DNA of 63,022 nucleotides, counting the filler, from Reticulomyxa filosa (Eukaryota > Protista > Foraminifera): the NCBI GenBank assembly GCA_000512085.1. It is 13 parts of 13 records of this genome, joined end to end, with 100 filler letters (N's around TTAATTAATTAA, not from the genome) between each part and the next. Parts side by side here need not be neighbours in the genome. Positions count along the whole stretch, not along the records: positions 34,294 to 61,618 come from ASPP01019206.1; 12 more parts are not named here. The stretch is one strand, 5' to 3'. Of the stretch, positions 38,100 through 51,521 are shown piece after piece. A model generated the notes under the pieces. That model saw nothing but the letters and a program-made list of their open reading frames with translations. It had not been told where the DNA came from and did no database searches. The position numbers were made by a program, and so were the translations under genes. Each line of letters starts with the position of its first letter. Position 1 is the stretch's first letter.

Positions 38100-39954
38100 A
38101 TGTCAAAAGCAAAACAAAGATATGTTGTTCAAAGGTACGGTAATTCTTTAAATAAATGTGATCAAAATAAATAATTAAAACAAGAAAAAACTGTTTTTGG
38201 GTGAACTGAACAGAACTTTGGGAAAAGGTGCCTTTGGCACAGTATATTTGACAAAGCAAGATGGTACCGATAATTACTTTGCAGTAAAAGAAACCTTTCA
38301 AAATGTGCGGTACAAAGTTGAGTTGGTTTTTTGGTGTTAAGCAAAGGAGATGAAATGTGGCACTCTTGCAAACACCTTCCACAGAATCGAGAAGCAGATG
38401 TTATTAACACTCTGAAACACCCAGCGATCATTAAAGTGTTTCACATGTTTTACACACATAAAAAAGATGGAACTTACTTAAACATTGTAATGGAGTACCT
38501 ACCGATTAGTTTGCATGATCTCATTCAACAAGCCAAAATGCAAAGGAAACAAATTCCAGAGTGTGATATAAAAGTTGAGTCACTCTTTTTTTTTCTCTCC
38601 CCCCCCCTCTTTCTTGCACACACATCCACTCATGCGTGCATATATGTACATGTACATGCATATGTGTGTGTGTGTGTTTGCACAAACAGTATTACATGTT
38701 TCAACTCTGCCGAGCCTGCGCCTACCTTTCTCGCCGTCACATTTGTCATCGTGACATCAAACCTCATAACATTTTGGTGCATCCCAATTGCCATGAGATT
38801 CGGCTTTGTGACTTTGGCAGTGCCAAAGTGTTGACAGACGGCGAATGGAATAAGCATTACATTTGCTCTCGTTTTTATCGTGCGCCCGAGCTGTTGTGCG
38901 AATCCAATTATTATACTTGCACCGTTGATTCATGGTCCATTGGATGCGTCATGGCTGAAATGTACTTAGGAGAGCCTTTGTTTGCTGGTCTAAACACTTT
39001 GGAACAGCTGCAACATATCACTCAGTTGTTGGGACCTACTCCTCCTGGATACCCTCAATCTTGCACCCAATGCACAGGTTTTTCAATATAAATTTGTTTT
39101 CCTTTTTTTTTTTTTTTTTTTTTAAAGTAGCTCTCATTTAAGTGTACATATACATATATGTGTATATGTGAATTGCATGATGCAATAAATTTTGTTCAAA
39201 AAATTGCCACCTAAGTTCTGTTGTTGTTGTTGTTGTTATCACCAAAGTTTGACAATAAACATTCTTGCGCTTGCAATCACAAAAAAGTTCACCCCGTACC
39301 CCAAGTAAAAAAAAAAAAAAAGGGGTTTTGTGAGAGACTTAACATTTTTTTTTTTTCCCCTCAAAAGTTCAGTCAATTCGAATCTCAAAGTGTGTGTGCA
39401 AACAAAAAACAAAAAAAAATGTGTGCGGGACAACAGCTGTGACGGCAAAAGATTGGAAAAATTTACTGCAACGTCGGTACAAAAATCCCAGCAAAGAAGC
39501 AGCTGACTTGTTGAGACTAATCGTGCAATACGATCCAAAAGCTCGTGTTGACTTGATGGATGCATTATTTCATCCTTTTTTGCGAGAAGTTGGCCTGGCA
39601 TTGACATTGAAAGTCTTTGAACAAGACCAGGCCAGTTCAGAAATGACCGTTGCCAAAGGGCAAACTAAACAAGAAACTTTGAGTCAAGAAGCTGATCTTC
39701 AACAAAAGTTCAAAAAACTTGAAATAACATCACAATCTTCAAAAAACTCACAAAAAACGAAAGAAATATCAACATTTTTGGAAAAAATGAAATGGGCACC
39801 GACTAATTCCTATTCCAATCAAGAGATTTCTGGATTCAAGGAGACATTCAAACATTTTAAACCTCTTACATTTTTAGAAGAAGAAATCCCTTATCTGAAA
39901 AAAACATCCGACACTTTTGCTGACAAAAGTAACACTGCTGAGAAACAAAAATGA
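38100..39954 (+). CDS. GSK3: GSK3/shaggy-like CMGC kinase
   Basis: GKGAFG, YKNRE, LNIVMEYLP, ICHRDIKPHN, LCDFGSAK, YICSRFYRAPEL. Confidence 0.9.
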
Positions 39955-40458
39955 TGGAAAGAGAAAATATGCTTTCAACTATTTTAACAAAATATTCAAA
40001 CTAGTAATGCGGGCTTGGGTTTTGCGGAAATAAATGGACTTGCCCAAAAAAAGTGCTTCCTTCCGCTCCCCCTCGCAATATATGCACAGGGAAGAGGCTG
40101 TTGTTAGGGAATTGTTTTGCAGGAGAATACAAAATACTCCAATGGTAAATTGATTTATTTGTCAATTTGTTTTTCTTTTTTTTTTTGATCTTTGTCGTTT
40201 CACTTGTTATTGTAATGACAGGAAACGCAAAGATTTGCACAGTAGTTGCAAAAAAAATGTTGAACAAGTTTTTAAATTTAGTCTAAATGTAAGTATAGTG
40301 TCATTTGCAAAACACAAAAGTAAAGGAAAACTGTCATCTCAAAAATTCGTATTCAAATTTAAAAGAACTTATCGTTTTAATCAAGAAAATAAATATTTAT
40401 ATTTCTTACGTTGATGAAATCTTTAATGCTTTTTTTGGGCAATAGTTATCTTATGTCT

Positions 40459-40673
40459 TGTGGGGAGTCTACTGTGGAGAATCTGCACTAAATGTAATAC
40501 GTAAGGAACTTAGTTCCAAAAGAACAATGTCAATAAAAGGAAAGTAAATTAATGACAAAAGTAAAGTAAGAAAAGACAAGGAAGTAAGAAGTAGTTAACT
40601 GAGGAAGTTTAACCAAAGGGAGCTCCTCAGTTCCGTACAAGTTCAACTATGTGTGATAAGGGCTTGCCCTACA
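40459..40673 (+). mobile_element. 215-bp TGT...ACA element (solo LTR or Ginger-like MITE) with GTCT 4-bp TSD
   Basis: gtct|TGTGGGG...CCCTACA|gtct; homologous to the 26044 and 28363 copies. Confidence 0.88.
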
Positions 40674-40976
40674 GTCTGATACGTACCGAAAAGGATATAA
40701 ATTTTACTTTAATTAAGCAATCAATAAAAATACTATAAGAATGAAAAAGGACTAGGTGTAGATTTAATCCGTAAATATTACAAATAATAAAAGACAATAA
40801 ATTCCGATGTTAATACAAATTATTGATGTAAATGTATGAGGCAAAAACAAATTGCAAGTTAACAGGTTTCTGGATAGCATAGGACCTTAAAAGGACATGA
40901 AAAAAACTAAAGCAAAAAAGGGGCGATTATCAACGATTTGTTTGATAGAAGTCGATTTAATCCCTAATTTGTTTCA

Positions 40977-41377
40977 ATGTCTTTTTCTTTCACCCCAACA
41001 AAACAGAATGACTGCATGGAAGGTAAAAAAACTTTGAATAAAAAAGGGCGAAGCAACTCGGTTTCACTTTGTATGCTTGTGTTGTCGAAATATTGAAAAA
41101 GCCCTATTTGAAATGTCAAAGATTTTGAACACTGGCTTGACTCGAGAACAACTTACAATCCTTGTTAAACTGTGCGAGTTAGAGATCAACCCAGAAGCAT
41201 TAGCCAAAGTTGTGATACAACTACGAGAAAATGGACAAAATGCTGTGAATGAAAAAGATTTGAACACGAATGGCCATTCAAACTCGCTTCAAGTTTCGTT
41301 TTGCATCATTTTTTCATTTTTGTGTTTTAACTATCTATATTTGTGTTATGCGACACTGTGCACAGAAATGGTTTTAA
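40977..41377 (+). CDS. MZT1: Mitotic-spindle organizing protein 1 (MOZART1)
   Basis: LFEMSKILNTGLTREQLTILVKLCELEINPEALAKVVIQLR; terminal exons tentative. Confidence 0.9.
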
Positions 41378-41969
41378 GCTGACCTCATGGGGGCACTACC
41401 AACAAACTTTTTTGGGAACTTTTTTTCATATGTTTTTAATTTATTTAACTTTCGTTTTTACTTGTTCTTGAACATTCGGCGTAATTATCGGATCAGAGAA
41501 ATTTTGACACAGAGGCAATGTGTTTTTGTTTGAGCACTTTCATTAGTATTTTTTACAAGCGCAGATATCACCAAACGCAATTTTTGCGCTCTCTAATTTT
41601 TAGGCAGTCATTTCTGATGTGCGCAAAAAAAAAAAGATTACATTATATTACCCTCGTGTTGATATCATTAAAAATGAATCTGTATCGCAAAAAAAAGCTG
41701 CCAGATTTTTTATAAGAAGTAGAATAACAAATATCAGGAATGAAAAGAAATTATACTTTGTTTCACTTACTTTAGTGGATGCAATAAACAAGTTATATTG
41801 TACATTTTACACTCCTCCCTATCTCGTAGTGAGCAAATTTCACTATTGAAGAAGGAGTGGAATTATGAGGAAAGTTCAACTATATTGATGCCAATCGTCG
41901 TTGCAACTTAATGTATTGTTATACGAACCAAACTGATTAAAACAAATAAATAAGCCAACACTACAAAAG

Positions 41970-43192
41970 ATGACTCAAACAAATCACGGAAACAATTGCA
42001 ATGGAAACGGTGGTATTTGTGTAGTGCCCATTCCTCCCGCGGTTATTGGGAATAACCACAAAGGCAACGCAAATGAGCACAATAGTTCATTAAAGCTTTT
42101 TTTTTTTTTTGGAAATCTTTTGCTCTTTATACGTAATGTTGAAAAACAACAACTTTGAAAAAAATGTATTTGATTAATCAGTGCCGTCTGCCATCTCTAA
42201 TAATTTTTCTCGAACACAGGAGTGTGCTTACCTTTTCCGTCCTCCACGTTTACTAACTTGGATCACTTCAACAAAACGCTGGCAGCTGCAAGTCTTACAA
42301 GTGCCGTTGGCGAATTGTTGCAACTCACTACTTCGCCGTTATTTAACACATCTTCATTGGAAATGGTCACTGCTCCCTATTCCCTGGTAGTGTCCCCATC
42401 GACCATTTCCCAAACCACTGTTTCATCACCTGGAACCAGCTCTGCAAGTTTGATTTCCCCCTCATTTTTTTTTTCTTCTCTTCCTTGCCATCATTTTTGA
42501 CAAAGTAAAAGTGAATTGAGGGGGGGGGGAAAAAAAAATTGTTTTTTTTTTTTGACGTTACGTGCGTGACAGTCATCCATCCGATATAAATACTCCATTT
42601 TCTTGTCAATCGAATTTTCCGACTACATTTAGTTTTGCAAGTGAAAATATGTTTCCCTCTCTTGGGACGACAGAATTCACACAACAGTACAATTATCAAC
42701 AAGTGTCGACAACCAATGGTCTGCCTTTTCCAAGCGTAACTAGCGCCATCAATAGCAGCTACTTATACGCTTCTGCAGCTGCTCAGGTGGAATTCAGGCA
42801 GTCGAATAACACATGCATCCAAACACATCACAAATCGGCGCTTGTGGAAACTGCAAACAATGCTCCTTCTGTCCTTCAAAATACAGAGTTTTTTAAAAAA
42901 ATGGCTCCAATGATTCCACTGTCGAATGAATCGCTTCGTAATGATCAACACACTCCAAACTTCACTCATCATAATGACAATGTATGTGTATTCGTGCCAC
43001 TGTTTGATGTCCACTTATACTTAAACAAAACTTTTTTGGGTAACATAATCCACGAAACAGGAATCACTATTAAAGGAACTCAAAATGCGAGCAAAAAATG
43101 CCAATAAGATTTTACCAGTTTGTCGTCATTGGTCGTCCAAAGGACTTTGTAGATACGGTAACTCATGCCAGTTTCGACACCCTCAAATTTAA
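41970..43192 (+). CDS. Low-complexity protein with a C-terminal CCCH zinc finger
   Basis: Last exon PVCRHWSSKGLCRYGNSCQFRHPQI* (C-x8-C-x5-C-x3-H). Confidence 0.75.
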
Positions 43193-43683
43193 GCGCAGTC
43201 CATGAAAAGTTTATCACATTGATTCATTTTCTTTTTTAAAGTATTTAGGCCCAAATGGGTTTGTTATATATGTACAATTACAAAGGGGTACTTTTCTTGA
43301 ACAACTTGGTGAAACTTTTGTTGCACCAGTTTGAATTAAATTTATTTTAAAATAGTAACTTTTTTTTTTAAATTCTGTTTGATTCTCTTGGAGAGTGAAA
43401 CTTTTCCGTAACTGATGCCGCGTTTTTAGCTAGTCTTATTTTCTTTAAGATTAGCCTTACACACCTGGTTGGTTATACAAATAGACTTTTAAAACTACTG
43501 TTTTCCAATTGATCAATTTTTTAGTGCTGTTCGATCAAAAAATTTATCAAAATTAACTAAAACTTCTAAATAAGTTAGTGTCTAATTCTTAAGGTCTAGT
43601 TAAAGTATATTTTGGGCGTTTATTCAGCCGAGTAACGCCTTGCTTGTGAATTTTCTGCAATAGATTTAGAAGTTATATTCAAC

Positions 43684-46333
43684 ATGTGTGGTATTTGCGC
43701 AAAGATAGAGAATATTGTGCTTTCTGAGTTTTGTTTGCAAGCACTCCAATGCAAGCCTATGTCTGAAGCATATTGCAAATCCCAAGGCCGACATTTGCCA
43801 AGTTTGAGAGGGGCATTGTGTCCTCGAGGCCCAGATTCATTTGATAGTGTAACACTGAAAATTCCTTGTGCAAGCAAGGATTCGGTGGAAACAGAAAAGA
43901 GCAATGAACAAAAAGAGGACAAAATCTGTCACGAATGGACAGAACAGGACACAAACTTAGCAACGGTGACAATGGCAGGTGCAGTGTTGCACCTACGCGG
44001 TGAAAAGATCACCCCGCAACCCCTCAGCAATGAGGATGCAATTTTGGTATGGAATGGGGAAATTTTTGATGGAACATTGGCAATCGGTACTGAGGACAAT
44101 GACACTGCTGTGTTATTTAAGGAACTGTCGCGCTGTATCAATGACAGTTCGAATAGCAAAGATCAACATGCAGCGCAAAAGCGCTTCAGTGAAGTATGGA
44201 GTGGGATTGAAGGTCCGTTTGCACTTATTTATTGGGACAAAAGACATCAATGTTTATATTTTGGTCGCGATCGTCTGGGACGGCGGTCACTGCTTTACCA
44301 TTACGACCACACGCATCGCACATTTTATCTTTCGTCTGCCGCACACTCAGAAACGGAGTGTGTTCAATCCAAGGAAACCGAGTCACTTGCGTCACTCCAA
44401 TCTTCTTTGGCCTATCATTGGCAAGAACTTCCTTGTCTTGGAGTCTATCAATTGGAATGGAGTCCCTTGGGATGGAGTCTGAATTGCGACCTATGGCAAC
44501 AACACGAACCAAATGTGAGGAAAATGCCACTGAAATGGTTAAGGTGAACACGTTGGGGAGAGACACAGAAACAGATACTTATGAGTGAGTGTGACTGCGA
44601 TTGCTTTTAATTTGTGCATATGTGTGGATTGAACACTTTAATAAAAAAAAAAAAAAACATATATGTATATGTTTTTTTTAATAATCAAACAAGTAAGGTA
44701 AATCGCCCGTTAGAATTGAGTTACAACGAAGCTGTTGATCTTTTTATCAAAGTACTTAGTGACTCGGTGCAAAAAAGAGTGTGCAGTATAAGCCAGTCGT
44801 CGAAGCGATTGCGCCATCGATACTTGATGTCACAACCGGATGAATGGTGTCTTTGTGAAGGCAAAGAAGACCAACAGAAACGCTTCGGCGATTTGCCACG
44901 AGAGTCGTTATTGACGTCGTGGAGAGCGCAGCAAGAAACGGAGTCACAAGCGCGCGAAGCCTCCGTATGTATTTTGTACTCTGGAGGTATTGACTCGCAC
45001 GTGATTGCCGCTTTGTGTGACAAATTTGTGCCGAGCAATGAAACCATTGATTTAATCAACGTCAGCGTCGGCACAAACCCTTTGCAGGCTCCAGATAGGC
45101 TCACTGCAATCAATGGCTTTTTGGAGTTGTCCGAATGGAGTCCAACACGAAAATGGCGTTTGATCCAAGTCAATATCGATGAACTCCAAACTTTGAAAAA
45201 CATTCGAGTTGATTTTTTTTTTTTCCCCCTCTATTTTTTTTTTTTACAAGTAAAAGATAGAGACAAAAAAAAAAAAAAATTACATATATGTATGTACATA
45301 TTAAAATGAATACGTATGCTGGTATAATAGTTGCATATGTTGTCATTACTGTATCCTTGTAATACCATAATGGATTTCAATATTGGAAGCGTGCTATATT
45401 TTGGTGCTCGTGGGATTGGGTATGTATACGACAAAGAGTTAGAGTGGATTACTGACAGCAGCAAAATTCGGTATTCGAGCGTGGACAAGATGAATGCGGA
45501 AAAATACACGAGCGAGTTGGCGGATAACCGTAAGATAAGCGAGTTCGTGGAAGAGAAAATGCGGTCTGATGAGACATTACAAACCTTGATTGCTAACTCC
45601 AAAACTAATGAAGCCACTCGACAAGAAAAAATCACGGTGAACAAACTGACAAGGAAAGCCTATAAAAAGTACAAACAAGAATATCTCAATACGTTGAAAG
45701 AAAAATATGTGACAAAACAAAATTTGTCCAAAACTGAATTAAACGAATTGCAGCATCGAATAAAGCAAAACTCTCATTTGGTACACTCCAAACTTTTTTT
45801 GTTTTCAGTTACACTATACGTACAAATACACTCACAAAAAAAAAAAGTATATTTCTGCTGCGCGCGTGGTATTGCTCGGATTTGGCTCAGATGAACTTTT
45901 AGGTGGCTATGGTCGTCATCGGACGTCGTATCGATTGAAAGGAAAAGAAGGATTGATGGCTGAATTAAACAAAGACTGGAATCGTTTGTGGAAGCGCAAT
46001 CTAGGTAGAGACGATCGATTGATCAGTGATCACAGCAGAGAGGCTCGTCATCCATTCTTGGATGAAAGATTAATTGATTTGATCAAAAATAAATTACCAG
46101 TTCATTATTTATGTGATTTAAATGACAGTGAAGGAATTGGTGATAAAAAAATTTTGCGTGACAGTGCATATAAACTAGGCTTGAAAAAGACTTGTTCATT
46201 GGTCAAAAGAGCAATTCAATTTGGGACAAAAATTGCAGATAACAAAGTGGCAGGGTATGCACAAATCACTCCAGATCTCAAAATTGAAGATTTAATCAAT
46301 AATCAAGCTTTTGAAGAACAAAATACAAAATGA
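43684..46333 (+). CDS. ASNSD1: Asparagine synthetase domain-containing protein 1
   Basis: MCGI, RGPD, VLHLRG, WNGEIF, GRDRLGRRSLL, SGGIDS, GSDELLGGY.RH, RNLGRDDR, PFLDE, KRAIQFG. Confidence 0.93.
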
Positions 46334-46639
46334 CAAACCAAATCTTGACTAAAAAATTTCACAAACAGACTGGAAAAATGTATTATGAATAATGACATTA
46401 TCAAATTATTATTGCTTGTTGTGTTAAATTTTTTTACTAATTTTTTGTTAATCGGCAAAAATATCAAAAATAAAAAATTAATTATCTATTCAAACACAAA
46501 ACATAAATATTTAACGCTGATAATAACAGAATAAAAAAACTTAACATAATGATATCAACGTTGTCAAAATAGTTAGTAAATCTAAATTAATATGTAACAT
46601 TCGAAATATATAGTAAAATCATATACATTAAGATAAAAA

Positions 46640-47281
46640 AGAAAGGTTGAAGGTGGAGTAAATACTGATATATATAACGAAGTTTTATCTGACGAAATCG
46701 AAAGAGCGTCAATTGCTGCTTAGAAAATAAAGAGAATTTGATTTTCAGCAAGATAATTCAACATACCATAAATCGGAAAAAATTATTAAATGGTTAAAAC
46801 AAAAAAAAATGAAAAAAATGAAAAAAATGAATTTACTGTAAATTCACATGATTTAAATCCAATTGAAAATCTTTGGTGGATATTAAATAAAATGATTCAC
46901 AAAAAAGGACAATTTAATACTACTTAAGAAATTTGTAACTAATTCGAAACATAATGTGAAAAAATATAAACAAATATTTGTAAAACCTTAAGTTAAAAAA
47001 ACCAAATGATGTATAACAGTTGGTAAACTTAAATTAAATTTTAAAAAACAAATCTTATAATACTAAGTCACAACAAAAATTTTTTTTTAAGTAAATGAAA
47101 GATTAAAATTTTTGAAAAAATTAGAAAGACTTAATAAAAAACCAAAATGATATTTAAAAACTACACGATTCGTAGATATTTTTTTAAAAAAATTTTGATT
47201 AAATGTTGTTTTTTCATTTAGAAACAAAATAATATATATAAGTTGGCATTTTAAGTTTAAACTTTTTTTTTTATATTACTG
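46640..47281 (+). mobile_element. Tc1-like 3' remnant with terminal repeat
   Basis: VEGGVNTDIY.EVL...FQQDNSTYHKS...NSHDLNPIENLW; ends ...TACTG|TA. Confidence 0.88.
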
Positions 47282-48183
47282 TAAATATTTTTTTCGTTGC
47301 CAACAGTTGCATTTATAACTTTATCGAACTTTTTCTCACGATAATCCTTTTTAACTGTCGATTGTACTTCAATACTATTACGTTTTCAATTGGAAATGAA
47401 CGAAGAATGAAACAAAGATTTTTGTTCTATATGTCTATTTGTTAAATCGTTTACCAACGAAAAATCACAAACATAAAAAAAATACAATCAAATCATTATA
47501 ATTTTTAAAAATAGACATACTATACAAAGCACGAACATAACTTGGTGTTTCTTTTTGCAGTTTACACACTTATAGTCCAATCACTAGTCAACATTCTTTT
47601 GTCGAGTCTGCTTTTTCAAGTAACAAAGCTATTGTTGAGCTTTCATTATTTTGATCTTGTACATGCATACTCATTTTTGCTGTTTTAATATCTAGGCTAT
47701 CTTTGCTGAAGAAGATGACAAATCTGTTATATCAACTTTTTTTTAGAAGGGACTGCAGCTAGTACGTGCAAACGAGTACTACATTTTTGTTGATTTGAAG
47801 CATATATCCTTTTTAGATTTATTGCATTAATATGATATAATTCAACAAAACAAAAGCATTTGATTTAACATAATGTAATACAAATAGGATAACGAAAGCT
47901 TGGCTTGTATTAGTGCCTTTGAAACATATTACACTACAATCAAGATACGAATAAGATATCCCATACGTACTTTGGATTTATTCGAAAGTAAAAGAAAAAA
48001 AGATGCAAAATTGAACAAATAGGCAAAACAATGTATTTTATAAGTGCGAAAATTTTGAAAAACTGTGCTAGTCCCGTTTCGAGTTTTTTTAGAAAAATAA
48101 TTTTTTAAATTCTTGAGTATCTTTTTACAAAAGAATTACTTCGGTGACAAAAATTTTAGTAGGAAAAAAACTTTTGCAACTTT

Positions 48184-50103
48184 ATGATTAAAATGGTTAG
48201 AGCCTTTTCCTCTGTTGAAAAAAAAAGAAGAAAGAAAGGTTTTACGTTACTGACTTCTCCAGTATTCATTGTCTCAACCGTTTTGATTGTGTTGTTATTT
48301 TGGCTGTTTTCACAATATTTGTTATCTCGGGTGTCGGTTGATTCACCTGATTTCGATCAAAATCATGACGATCACCCATATTTGGTAAATGAAACCTCGA
48401 TTAAGACGCACATAAACATTTTGTTTTTCACAATGGGCTTATTGAGTGATTCAAAACAACGAAGAAGTAAAGGCATAAGTGGCTATGGCGAATTTTTGAT
48501 GCAAAGATCCTTTCAGTACATCTTACAGTATATAGCGAAAAAAAAAACAAAGACAAATTCAATATCATTATTTTGAAATTAAAAGTGCACACATGTTTGA
48601 TCGCTGGCTTCAATGTGTCATTCAAAATAAGTCATTTGAGCACACACATTCGCGACAATCTGACTACTTTCCCTTGAATATGGATTATTTTTTTTTTGAT
48701 GAATTTACTTGGATTGATAAAAAATTGAACATTAGACCTTTGTTGTTATGTTCGAGTGGTGATATTTCTCTCTCACAAAGATACAATTGTTCATTTATGA
48801 TCAAACGCACATATATTTTTGATTACTTTGGTCACTTTACTTGGTACGCTGAACCTTTTCAAAATTGGTCTCGACTTTTTTTTCATTATTTGACTCCAAA
48901 TCATTTCTTGAAAGCTGTAAGAACGCTGGACAATACCAATGAAGCTTTCTTAGGTTTAAGTTCATTTTTTTTAAAAAAAAAAAAAAACCAAAATCCCAAA
49001 TTTTTCTTACATTCTAATAACCAAAAATGTTTTGTTTGATTGTGTCTATTGAATATTCCATTTTCAACCAAATGGGAAAGGATATGCATTATCTTATAAA
49101 GACGGTGTACATGAGGAAATAGAGGAGGAAATGCAGTTACTTTCGAAAAAGCGACAACCCTTACTCTTCAGTGCAGTACCGACAATAACAAGCTCAGAAC
49201 ATAAATCGGAATTGCGTTATGGCATAATATATGGACATTCTCCAGGTATATTTGTAGATAACAATGTCAGACAAATGCTCGTGAACGTAATGAATTACCT
49301 GAGCACCTATCATCCTCAAATTCGGTTAAAATCTGTGATCAGTTCTGAGTTTGTCGGCTCGCTAAAAGAATTGCTTCCTAACGTTGATTTTGTAGGTTTT
49401 CAACCAAGCAGACAAAAATGGCTTTCGTTACTTCAAAACTCGTATTTTTTATTGGGAGTTGGTATACATCCTTATGTATTTATTTTCTTCTTTCTCTTTC
49501 TTTATCAAAAGGTTCAAAAAAAAAAAAAAAAAAAAGGAGTGAATGAATGATCCAAAAAATAGGAGTGCCTTGCTTAGGCCCGACAGTGTATGAAGCCTTG
49601 CGCTTTGGCAATTTGTTCATAAATATTAAATATACATTCACGCAGGAGTTAGACAATCGCTGCCTTCAAATGTTTCAATATAATGCCAGTGTTATTCAAA
49701 CCCAACATGACGACATTGCAATATATGCATTTAATTCCTCAAACTCATCCCCACTCAATGTAACAGCAGATGCTATGTCTGCACGGCGGAATTGTCCGAT
49801 TACGCCAACATTATCAAATGCATCTTACGTGCTGCCACTCGCAAACAACAGACAAAACAAGGCTATATGCCTTATTATATGACGTGGCATGCTTTACATC
49901 AACGTGTACAAACCATATTCGCTGATACTTTCTTGCTTTCCGGAGAGCCCACCAGCGAGACGTTGGACCAATCCCGTCTCCTCGAATTGGAAAAATGGGG
50001 CTCATATATGATGCATAACAAAAAATTGTCTTTTCAAAAGAGACTTTACCAATATGGTTTATTTGTTGATAATCCTGGCGTATATAACATGTCAGCCAGT
50101 TAA
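48184..50103 (+). CDS. GT18 (MGAT5/GnT-V-like) type II membrane glycosyltransferase
   Basis: N-terminal TM; GYGEF, FDYFG, DN...AFLG, IYG, FLLGVG.P..GPTVYEAL..G..FIN, TQH, YMPYYMT...L.QRV parallel MGAT5 motifs. Confidence 0.7.
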
Positions 50104-50456
50104 CACTGGCTTCTGCTAACTTTGAAATAAACTGTAATTTGGCATTCTGTTCTTTTTTATATTTTGAGCGCAAAATTAATTTCTTTTTTACAACTGTGAA
50201 ATTTATATTAATTCGTCCTATTTACTTGCCTTGCAAAGAGTATTCAATTATTCGCAGATTGGTGCTTCAATAAAGAAGATCAATGTTTTCATCTCGAGGT
50301 TGTCGTTTTCCCCTTCACTATTTTTGTCTGCTTTGTAAAAACGAGTTTAACACATTATGTGAATTAGTCCAGTACTAAAGGATTTATTTTTATTTCACAT
50401 TAATAATTAGATTTTACTTACTACATGAAGAGAACACTAACCAAGCAGTTTTTATT

Positions 50457-50498
50457 TTTTTTTGTCATAACTCGAACCTTTTTTGTCATAACTCGAAC
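50457..50498. repeat. 21-bp tandem duplication
   Basis: TTTTTTGTCATAACTCGAACC twice. Confidence 0.8.
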
Positions 50499-51521
50499 CA
50501 AAACAGAAAAAGGGGTTGTTATTACGTATAGTTATCGAAACTACTTCAAAATTTCGTTTGGATCGTCTACATACAAGGAATCTTAGATTGTCTACGCTTG
50601 TGAGATCTATCTGGCCTAGCTTTTGGAGCCCCTGATATCCAAGTCAATATTTTGTTTTGTTTTTCCTCTCCAAACGGTAGAGAGGCAGGAAAAAAGTTCA
50701 ATTTATCACGAAGCATTTTCAATCATCGAGGAAAAAAAATAAATTCCCAAAGCGAAATGGCGAACAAAAAGAACATGATTTTTTTGGATTCTTTTTTGCC
50801 ATATAAATCCAAGCAAATATTTGTGACCTTTCAAAGGGTAACCCCTGTAGCGCGGATAATCGCGCTCGCTTTTTTTGTTTTTGTCTCTTTTTTGAGAGTT
50901 GTGTGACGAAAGAGATCAAACATAATGTGGAAAGCAAAAAAAAAAAAAAAAAAAGAGTACAATAAAAACAGAAACAAAAAACGATATTTCAAGTCAGTTG
51001 TTGCAACAATATTTTTCCTTTGAAAACAGGAAAACAGAAACGAAAACAAAACAAAGCAACTACAAAAAGCTTTCTTGGTTCAGCTTTATCCCCGTGTCGG
51101 AAATTTTTTTTTTTGGATTCGCGTGAGTGCTTAAAGCAAAAAACTGTCGTTCACTGCCTCTTTTTTGGTGGTTAAAGTGAATGACTTAAGCTTTTTTTTT
51201 TATTTATTATGGTTTTTTGTATGTATTTTTTTTTTTTGGTAATGAGCCCACTGATTATAAGGGGAGAAGCATTACCGAGGATGAAAAAAAAAATGAACTA
51301 CACAGGCAAATGGCCAATTTGAATTTTTTTTAAAAAACAAAGCGGTAGTCATATACATACGATGCATATGTGTATTTTTTTTTTTTTTCCCCCCATTGAA
51401 AAGGGAATTGTGGTTTGTGTTGATCAGTTGTGCTTTGGAGGGTAGTGTCAATAAAAAAAGTAGAGTTCAAAAAAAAAAAAAAAAAATGAATAAATAAACA
51501 AATAAATAAAAATGTGTCAGT

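Noticed and set aside
50457-50498. Direct repeat as a CRISPR or TSD signal
   Set aside because: Only two adjacent units with no spacer; simple slippage duplication.
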